A stretch of 64,000 bases of DNA from Oscillospiraceae bacterium (GTDB lineage Bacteria > Bacillota > Clostridia > Saccharofermentanales > Saccharofermentanaceae), in assembly GCA_015069215.1 (NCBI GenBank), contig SVJC01000001.1, forward strand, positions 25,896 to 89,895, given 5' to 3'. Shown in pieces: positions 27,171-34,330 of this stretch (position 1 is the first letter of the stretch; each line of letters opens with the position of its first letter). The notes beneath the pieces are model-generated. The model made no database searches. It was not told the DNA's origin and worked only from the letters and a program-made list of their open reading frames with translations. The position numbers were made by a program, and so were the translations under genes.

Positions 27171-28856
27171 ATGGCAGGCGAGAACAAAGATTTCCCGGAT
27201 ATCAGCGTAATCTGGCCAAACTGGAAGATTACGGAAAAGATCGGGGCAGGTTCATTCGGATTCGTATATAAAGCTGTGCATAAGACCGCAGTTATCGCCG
27301 GTGATGCCGTTGCCATTAAAGTCATCAACATTCCGAAAGAAGAAAGCGAAATAGCAAACCGTAAACTTGACGGAGCTACCGACGAAGAGATCCGCAGAGA
27401 ATTTGACGAGATCCGCACTGAATATGTCAATGAGATCCGTTTTATGATGGATTTCAGGGATTCTCCCAATGTTGCAAGGATCGAAGACTACGAAGTCGTT
27501 CCAAAAAAAGACAGTATCGGCTGGATCATATATATCCGCATGGAATTAATGACCGACTTAAGGTCATGGATAAACAACAACGGCTTTAATGAGCACATAG
27601 CGGTCAAGATCGGGAAAGACATCTGCGATGCTTTAAAGATATGCGAAAGCAAAAATGTATTGCACCGTGATATCAAGCCGAGCAATATCCTTGTAAACAC
27701 TTCTACGAACACGTTTAAGCTTTCTGATTTCGGTGTTGCCAAATACAATGACAGCCTAAGCGGAAGTCTGTCATCTAAAGGCACCCCTGATTTCATGGCG
27801 CCGGAAGTTGCCAGATTCCTCCATTACGATTCACGTATCGATACCTATTCCCTGGGCCTGGTCCTGTATTATTTCATGAACCGCAGGCATGGCCCTTTTC
27901 TCGATCTGAACAGGATGCCCACACCGACAGAAATGGAAGAGGCAAAACAGCGCAGGTTCAACGGCGAACTGATCCCGCCTCCAATTGATGCAGGACCTGC
28001 GTTGGCTGAAGTAATACTTCATGCCTGCGCCTATGACCCGAACGACCGTTTCCAGTCAGCTCAGGAATTCTACGACGCTCTGTGTAAGGTCGAAGCAAGA
28101 ACATACAGGATCGGGACTTATGTCCCGAAGAGACCTGCCGCAAATGCTATTCCTCAGCAGGAATATAATCCCGGGACGATCAGAGTCCGCCGCGCACAAG
28201 GCGCACCCGTACAGGGGCCGGCACAGGTCCCTACCTGGACTCCTGCCCAGACACCGGTTCCCGCGCCCGCACAGGTGCCTACATGGACTCCTGCCCGCGC
28301 TCCTGCACAGGTACCGACCTGGACACCGCCTCCGGTCCCTGCTCAAAACAAGCCTGTAAAGCCTGCAAAAAAGCCCAATAAGGCCGTTCTGCCGGTAGTG
28401 ATCGCGATAATCGCCGTTTTATTGGTTGCCGGATCGATCACATTGGCACTTGTTCTGGCTTCACAGTACAAAAAATCCGTCATGGAAAGCAGCGGTAACT
28501 CGACCGTAAGGACGACGTCTGTAAGATCGACAAAACGTACCGAATCCCAAGAAGAGGATACTGAACCGGATGCCATCGATAAGATCTATGAGATAGACTC
28601 CAGGTTCTGGGTTATAGTATTGTGCGCATCTTTCGTCGGCTTGGGCATAGTAATATTGACAGCTGTCGCTGTGACAAATAAGAAAAACAAGAAGCCGGTC
28701 CAAAAGAACGGCCCGAACAACAAGGCAAAACCTGCACAAAGCAAGCCGGCTCCTGCCCCGGCAGCCTCTAATCAGGTCATATTCTGCAAATACTGCGGGA
28801 ACAAGCAGGACGCATCATCTGCCTTTTGCGATAAGTGCGGAAAACAAATAAAATAG
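27171..28856 (+). CDS. Hanks-type Ser/Thr kinase with Pro-rich repeats, two TMs and C-terminal zinc ribbon
   Basis: GAGSFGFVY, HRDIKPSN, DFG and GTPDFMAPE; PAQVPTWT x3; two hydrophobic helices; FCKYCGNKQDASSAFCDKCG. Confidence 0.93.
   Translation: MAGENKDFPDISVIWPNWKITEKIGAGSFGFVYKAVHKTAVIAGDAVAIKVINIPKEESEIANRKLDGATDEEIRREFDEIRTEYVNEIRFMMDFRDSPNVARIEDYEVVPKKDSIGWIIYIRMELMTDLRSWINNNGFNEHIAVKIGKDICDALKICESKNVLHRDIKPSNILVNTSTNTFKLSDFGVAKYNDSLSGSLSSKGTPDFMAPEVARFLHYDSRIDTYSLGLVLYYFMNRRHGPFLDLNRMPTPTEMEEAKQRRFNGELIPPPIDAGPALAEVILHACAYDPNDRFQSAQEFYDALCKVEARTYRIGTYVPKRPAANAIPQQEYNPGTIRVRRAQGAPVQGPAQVPTWTPAQTPVPAPAQVPTWTPARAPAQVPTWTPPPVPAQNKPVKPAKKPNKAVLPVVIAIIAVLLVAGSITLALVLASQYKKSVMESSGNSTVRTTSVRSTKRTESQEEDTEPDAIDKIYEIDSRFWVIVLCASFVGLGIVILTAVAVTNKKNKKPVQKNGPNNKAKPAQSKPAPAPAASNQVIFCKYCGNKQDASSAFCDKCGKQIK
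28221..28330 (+). repeat. Three coding repeats GCACAGGTNCCNACNTGGAC (AQVPTWT)
   Basis: Copies start at 28221, 28269 and 28305. Confidence 0.85.
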
Positions 28857-28883
28857 ACATAATCTTTTTTTGGGGATCTTTAA

Positions 28884-29603
28884 ATGATATATTGCAATAA
28901 TTGCGGCAAGCCGCTCGCTGACGGTTCAATGTTCTGTGATGGCTGCGGAAGTCCGGTAGCGGGCCCGCAAAATGCGCCCATGGCTCCGAAGAGATCCAAA
29001 AAGGGACCGGTGATCGCCATCATCGCAAGCGCTGTCGGTCTGTCGCTCCTGGGCGGAGGTATCTTTGCGGCCATCAAGTTTGCAGGCAAAGCAAAGGCTC
29101 CCAAGGAAACTGAAGATGAGACCTATTCTTATACCGAAAGTACCGATGACACAGACGAAACCACTGAAACAACAGATGATATCTTAACCACGGACGAGGA
29201 AACGAGCGACACCACAAGCGAAACCACGACTGAAGAAACTGTCGAAAGTTCTATCGGAGAGACCGGCGATGGCGAGACCAAAACACTTGAAAAAGTCATC
29301 TCTCCTGAAGAGCTCCAGAGAACTATCGATAACATGAAGGATAGCGATACCTTCAGGAACAACTATAAAGATGCGACTATCGAAGTACGTGGAAACACCA
29401 TTACTTACAAGTATTACTACAACAAGGAAATGACCGAGGACCAGCGTGCACAGGTGAAGCAAAACCTCGAAGACAGCGGCCTTCGTGAACAGATCGACGG
29501 CATGAAGGATTCATTCGAAAAAATTTACGGGGTCCGTCCTGAAAGGATCGCTTTCGAATACTATACTGCTGACGACATCCTTATAGCCTGCATAGACGCT
29601 TAA
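28884..29603 (+). CDS. Zinc-ribbon + TM + acidic T/E/D stalk + extracellular domain protein
   Basis: MIYCNNCG...FCDGCG, TM PVIAIIASAVGLSLLGGGIFAAI and TDETTETTDD stalk. Confidence 0.88.
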   Translation: MIYCNNCGKPLADGSMFCDGCGSPVAGPQNAPMAPKRSKKGPVIAIIASAVGLSLLGGGIFAAIKFAGKAKAPKETEDETYSYTESTDDTDETTETTDDILTTDEETSDTTSETTTEETVESSIGETGDGETKTLEKVISPEELQRTIDNMKDSDTFRNNYKDATIEVRGNTITYKYYYNKEMTEDQRAQVKQNLEDSGLREQIDGMKDSFEKIYGVRPERIAFEYYTADDILIACIDA

Positions 29604-29652
29604 GGACCTTACCGTTCTTAATATTGCTGTTAACTGTTTCGGCGGTATCCCA

Positions 29653-30687
29653 TCAGGCAAGCTTCGTAACGTCAGTGGCGTAACACCATCTGCCGCCGGT
29701 AAAGTTTCCGAAGACGTATTTCGCAGACGCAGACTCGCACATTATGAGCATCTTGCCGTCAACGAAGACTATCTCCTCCGACATCGGCGGAGCCTTGAAT
29801 CCGCCTTCCAGCGTACTCTTGTACAAGACAAAGAGTTCTGCATTTCCTGCCTTGGGATCAAAGACTCCCGCACTCTTTCCGAAAACATCGTAGCAGGCGA
29901 TCGTGGACTTTTCTGTTCCGTAAGACATCGATATCCACATCTTGTTGTCGTGTATTACAACGCCCTGAGCCTTATCCGGCAATGAATAGACCTCTGAAGC
30001 GACGGTCTCCAGGCCGAACTTTGAAGTGTCCGAATCGCTTACCTCGTAGCTGAACATGAGAGCACGGTTCGTCTCGCCTGAAGGGCAATCGTATCTGTGC
30101 GAATCAGGCGTACGGAAGTTGGGTTCCCTGTAGTACTCGCCGACATAGAACTTGCCGTCAGAGAAGCACATGAAATCGGCACGGAGCTCGTAGTCACCGT
30201 ACTTTGTGTCAAAGGTTCCGAGGGTCTTTACTATCTGCGCGTTGCCTGCGGACAATACGTCAGAAAGCTTGAAAACATATACAAACGGATCCTCGTTGCC
30301 GCCTACATAGAGATAGTCTCCGTTGGCTGCGAGGCCACCCGCGTGGATCGCCATCCCTTTGCCGTCCTGATCTCCGAGAAGAACATAACCTCTTGTCTTC
30401 CCTGTTGCTTTTTCGATCATGTAGACACGTGAAGGCGTGCCGTTCTTCTGATAGCCTCCGACAAGATAGAGTCCCTCTGATTCAAGGTAATCAAGGCCCT
30501 GGGGGATCATTGTCTCCGAAAGTCCCGGTATCACGAACGCCTTTTCGGATGCCCGGTAATAAGATCTCACGGGGACCCTGAAAAAGAGCCTCGCTCCCGT
30601 AAGCACCAAAACTGCCAGCGCCACTAAACAAAAGGCGAAAGTTAAAAGCCCTTTCTTCAGTTTTGAAACGGACTTCTTCTCTGTCAT
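29653..30687 (-). CDS. Hypothetical membrane-anchored exported protein (possible beta-propeller)
   Basis: N-terminal TM and beta-rich repeats (QGLDY, HAGGLA, AQGVV, PPMSEEI). Start overlaps the mgtA stop region. Confidence 0.7.
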   Translation of the reverse strand: MTEKKSVSKLKKGLLTFAFCLVALAVLVLTGARLFFRVPVRSYYRASEKAFVIPGLSETMIPQGLDYLESEGLYLVGGYQKNGTPSRVYMIEKATGKTRGYVLLGDQDGKGMAIHAGGLAANGDYLYVGGNEDPFVYVFKLSDVLSAGNAQIVKTLGTFDTKYGDYELRADFMCFSDGKFYVGEYYREPNFRTPDSHRYDCPSGETNRALMFSYEVSDSDTSKFGLETVASEVYSLPDKAQGVVIHDNKMWISMSYGTEKSTIACYDVFGKSAGVFDPKAGNAELFVLYKSTLEGGFKAPPMSEEIVFVDGKMLIMCESASAKYVFGNFTGGRWCYATDVTKLA

Positions 30688-30688
30688 A

Positions 30689-33313
30689 TCAATACCAATC
30701 CTTGTGTCTCTTGATGTAGATGATCTTCATGATCTGGGCAAAGATCATGTAAACGACCATGAGGAGCGCGAGCCAGAGCATGTAGCTGATTGGCATCGCA
30801 GGCAGGCTGAAAAGCCTGGATACACCTGTAAATCCGATGATCAAAGTAACGGCGATTATCGCAAGAGTTGAGATCGAAAGCTGGATCGAAGCCCTGTCGT
30901 TGATGAACGGGAGCTTCGGCGTCCTGATCGTATGGATAACCATCGTCTGCGAGATAACGCCGAACATAAACCATCCGCACTGGAAGTAGCCGGCCATGTC
31001 GGGATTGTTATATCCGTATATGAACCAGAGAACAAGGAAGCACAGTACGTCAAGCACCGTACTTAAAAGTCCGAAAGACACCATGAATCCCTTGATGCCT
31101 CCGAGGTCCCATTTCTTGGGCTTTTCGATATACTTCGATTCAACATGGTCGAAAGGCATGCCGAGCTGGGCAAAATCGTTCAGGAGGTTCTGGACGAGGA
31201 TATGCACAGGAAGCATAGGCAGGAACGGCAGGAAGATGCTCGCGATAAGAACCGAGAACATGTTTCCGAAGTTACCGGAAACAGACATCTTAAGATACTT
31301 GGACATGTTTGCGAATGTGCTTCTGCCTTCAACAACGCCTTCATCGAGCACGTTGAGATCCTTTTCGAGAAGGATGATGTCAGCGACTTCCTTCGCGATA
31401 TCAACTGCGTTATCAACGGAGATTCCGATATCGGCCTGCTTGAGCGGCAAGCTGTCGTTGATGCCGTCACCCATGTATCCGACTATGTGACCCTTCGACT
31501 GGAACATCTTAACGACGCGCTGCTTCTGATATGGAGAGAGCTTTGAGAAGATATCGCAATGCTCGCAGGCTTCAGCAAGCTGCTCGTCACTCATCGCATC
31601 GATCTTCGCTCCCGTAAGAGTCATCTCAGTCCTGAAGCCGAGCCTGCCGCAGATGTTGATCGCAACGCCTTCGGAATCGCCCGTAAGAACGACCGTACGG
31701 ACGCCGTTCTTTCTCAATGCGTTGATGGCAGTTCCTGCGGACTCCTTCGGCGGGTCGAGGAAGCCAACGAATCCGATGAGGACCATGTCGCTCTCATCCT
31801 GAACGCCGAAAACATCAACGCCGTGAACATTGTTCTTCTGTGCAACGGCAATAACGCGGATGCCTTCAAGGTTATTCTCCTCGGCAAGCTTTTTCGCATT
31901 TGCGATGAGCTCGTCGGATATCTCTTTAACTTCGCCGTCGATCTCGATGAACGAGCAGATCGAAAGGATCTCTTCAACCGCGCCCTTCGTGATGAGCTGG
32001 CGCTTGCCGTTCTTGTCCTTTAACACGACGCTCATCCTGCGGCGCGAAAAGTCGAACGGGATCTCGTCTTCCCTGACATAAGCTTCCTTGAGGAACGATA
32101 GCTCCTCTTTCTCGGCACGGTTGATGATGGCAACGTCCATCAGGTTCTTAAGACCCGTTTGGAAGTAGCTGTTAAGGAATGCATGTCTTAGGATGCGCTT
32201 GTCCTCACGGCCCAGGACGTCCATATATTTTTCAAGTATGATCTCATCCTGCGTAAGCGTTCCGGTCTTGTCAGTGCAGAATACGTCCATCTCACCGAAC
32301 GTCTGGATGGCACCCAAACGCTTAACTATGGTCTTCTTGCGGGACATGTTGATAGCGCCTCTCGCAAGAGAAGAGTTCATGATGACCGGGAGCATCTCAG
32401 GCATGATTCCGACTGCGATCGTGATGCCGAACATCAGTGACTGGAGCCACGCACCCATGCCCTTGGTAAAGAAGTTTGCAATGAAAATAACAGGAACCGT
32501 TACCAGCATGAAACGGATCAGGAGCTTACTTACGGAATCGAGGTTCTTCTCGAATGCGCTCTTCTCCTCGAAAGAGTTGAGGCTCTTGGCCATGCTTCCG
32601 AAATATGTCTCCTCACCTGTCGTGAGTATGATCGCCTTGGCAGATCCCGAAACGATGTTGGATCCCATGAAGCCGATGTTTGCAAGATCGGTAACGCCGC
32701 AGTTTGTCTCAGACGTCGTGAATTTCTCGACAGGGTTGCTCTCGCCTGTAAGCTGCGACTGATCGATGAAGAGGTCCTTCGTCTCGATGAAACGCACGTC
32801 ACCAGGGATCATGTCACCTGAAGCAAGCTTTACGATATCACCCGGAACGAGTTCTTCGATCTCAACTTCCGTCTCAACGCCGTTTCTTAAGACGTCGAGC
32901 TTGTTTGTGATCATGCCCTGGAGCTTTTTGGCTGCGTTATTTGACTTCTCTTCCTGTACAAAAGAGATGACCGCAGAGATGATGATAACCGCAACGAGCA
33001 TTATGAAAGTTGCCAGCGAAGGCTCATCAGAAAGCACTACGTCGGTTACGAATGTTATGGCCGCTACAACCAGAAGCACTATGTTAAACGGGTTTATGAC
33101 CGCATCCTTGATCCTTACGGCAAGGCTTTTCTCCTTGCCGAAATCAATGATGTTCCTTCCGTACTCGTCCAGACGGTCAGCCGCCTGTATGGGGTCTAAG
33201 CCTTCCTCATCCGTCTGGTATTTTTCGAAAAGAGCCTTTTGATCCATGCCGCTTAATTCAAGCAGGATCTTCTCTACTTCACCGCGGCGCTCGTTAGGCT
33301 CTTTTTTCTTCAC
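30689..33313 (-). CDS. mgtA: Magnesium-translocating P-type ATPase
   Basis: TGES, PEMLP, DKTGTLT, DEIPFDFSRRRMSV, DPPKES, GDGIND, SGNFGN and MLPVHILVQNLL.D. Confidence 0.95.
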   Translation of the reverse strand: MKKKEPNERRGEVEKILLELSGMDQKALFEKYQTDEEGLDPIQAADRLDEYGRNIIDFGKEKSLAVRIKDAVINPFNIVLLVVAAITFVTDVVLSDEPSLATFIMLVAVIIISAVISFVQEEKSNNAAKKLQGMITNKLDVLRNGVETEVEIEELVPGDIVKLASGDMIPGDVRFIETKDLFIDQSQLTGESNPVEKFTTSETNCGVTDLANIGFMGSNIVSGSAKAIILTTGEETYFGSMAKSLNSFEEKSAFEKNLDSVSKLLIRFMLVTVPVIFIANFFTKGMGAWLQSLMFGITIAVGIMPEMLPVIMNSSLARGAINMSRKKTIVKRLGAIQTFGEMDVFCTDKTGTLTQDEIILEKYMDVLGREDKRILRHAFLNSYFQTGLKNLMDVAIINRAEKEELSFLKEAYVREDEIPFDFSRRRMSVVLKDKNGKRQLITKGAVEEILSICSFIEIDGEVKEISDELIANAKKLAEENNLEGIRVIAVAQKNNVHGVDVFGVQDESDMVLIGFVGFLDPPKESAGTAINALRKNGVRTVVLTGDSEGVAINICGRLGFRTEMTLTGAKIDAMSDEQLAEACEHCDIFSKLSPYQKQRVVKMFQSKGHIVGYMGDGINDSLPLKQADIGISVDNAVDIAKEVADIILLEKDLNVLDEGVVEGRSTFANMSKYLKMSVSGNFGNMFSVLIASIFLPFLPMLPVHILVQNLLNDFAQLGMPFDHVESKYIEKPKKWDLGGIKGFMVSFGLLSTVLDVLCFLVLWFIYGYNNPDMAGYFQCGWFMFGVISQTMVIHTIRTPKLPFINDRASIQLSISTLAIIAVTLIIGFTGVSRLFSLPAMPISYMLWLALLMVVYMIFAQIMKIIYIKRHKDWY

Positions 33314-33382
33314 AAAAATTCTCCTCCAATTATAAAAAACAAAAATAATTATACATTATCCGCATTGTGCGTGTGAATAAAG

Positions 33383-33391
33383 TGCTATAAT
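33383..33391 (+). promoter_or_regulatory. Extended -10 promoter of the DMT gene
   Basis: TG-C-TATAAT, followed by an AGGAGG RBS at 33401-33406. Confidence 0.55.
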
Positions 33392-33413
33392 GCGCGCGTC
33401 AGGAGGAACTTTC

Positions 33414-34304
33414 GTGGAGAAAAAGAGCGCTTTAGGCGACATTCTGATAATAATAGCAGGGCTGTTCTGGGGAAGCATGGGCATTTTTGTCCGTCACCTC
33501 AACAGCCTTGGTTTTACATCCATTCAGGTCGCATGCTTAAGACTCGTCACGGCAGGGATCCTTTTCGCCCTCATCCTTCTCATCAAAGAACCCCAAGGCT
33601 TCAGGATCAGTCCGAAAGACATTCCGCTGTTCCTGGCGCTGGGCCTTGTGAGCATCCTGTTCTTTACCTGCTGCTACTTCACCGCGATACGCCTCATGAC
33701 AATGTCCACGGCGGCGATCCTCCTCTACACTTCACCCATCTGGGTCATGATCCTTGCGATCATCTTCCTCAAGGAAAAGATCACTGCAGGAAAGATCATC
33801 GCGCTTGTCCTTGCTTTCTCCGGGTGCGTTCTTGTATCGGGATTCGGCGGCAAAGTAACGCCGGCCGGGATCCTAGTAGGACTCGGTTCCGGCCTTGGCT
33901 ACGGCCTTTACAGCATTTTCGGAACATTTGCGCTCAGGAAATATTCACCTCTTATGGTAACCTGCTATACGTTCCTGATCGCAGGACTTGGTTCGGTATT
34001 TGTCTCTGATCCTATGGATCTCATGACGAAGATATCAGCTGCAGAAAACAAGCCCGCACTGTTCGGCTTTGTTCTCCTGACATCTGTGATCACAGCCGTG
34101 ATCCCGTTCCTGCTCTATACACTCGGTCTCGGAAAGACCACGGCAGGAAGGGCAGCAGTCCTTGCGACCGTTGAACCTGCCGCAGCAACGCTTTTCGGTT
34201 TTTTCGTCATGAAAGAGACCATAGGACCTGTTGCGATCCTTGGTATGCTTTTGGTATTCGCTGCGATCATCGTCTTAAGCATAAAAAACGCTGATAAGCA
34301 GTAA
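33414..34304 (+). CDS. EamA/DMT family transporter
   Basis: Ten TMs in two repeats (FWGSMG, LLYTSPIWV, LATVEPAAA). GTG start at 33414. Confidence 0.9.
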   Translation: MEKKSALGDILIIIAGLFWGSMGIFVRHLNSLGFTSIQVACLRLVTAGILFALILLIKEPQGFRISPKDIPLFLALGLVSILFFTCCYFTAIRLMTMSTAAILLYTSPIWVMILAIIFLKEKITAGKIIALVLAFSGCVLVSGFGGKVTPAGILVGLGSGLGYGLYSIFGTFALRKYSPLMVTCYTFLIAGLGSVFVSDPMDLMTKISAAENKPALFGFVLLTSVITAVIPFLLYTLGLGKTTAGRAAVLATVEPAAATLFGFFVMKETIGPVAILGMLLVFAAIIVLSIKNADKQ

Positions 34305-34323
34305 CTTAAGCTTATCAGCGTTT
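34286..34323. terminator. Bidirectional terminator between the DMT and TIR genes
   Basis: AAACGCTGATAAGC-10nt-GCTTATCAGCGTTT. Confidence 0.7.
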
Positions 34324-34330
34324 GGAAGAA

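Noticed and set aside
33314-33413. M-box riboswitch or mgtL-type leader for mgtA
   Set aside because: The intergenic space is about 100 nt and holds the divergent promoter and RBS; no suitable structure or Pro-rich uORF was seen.
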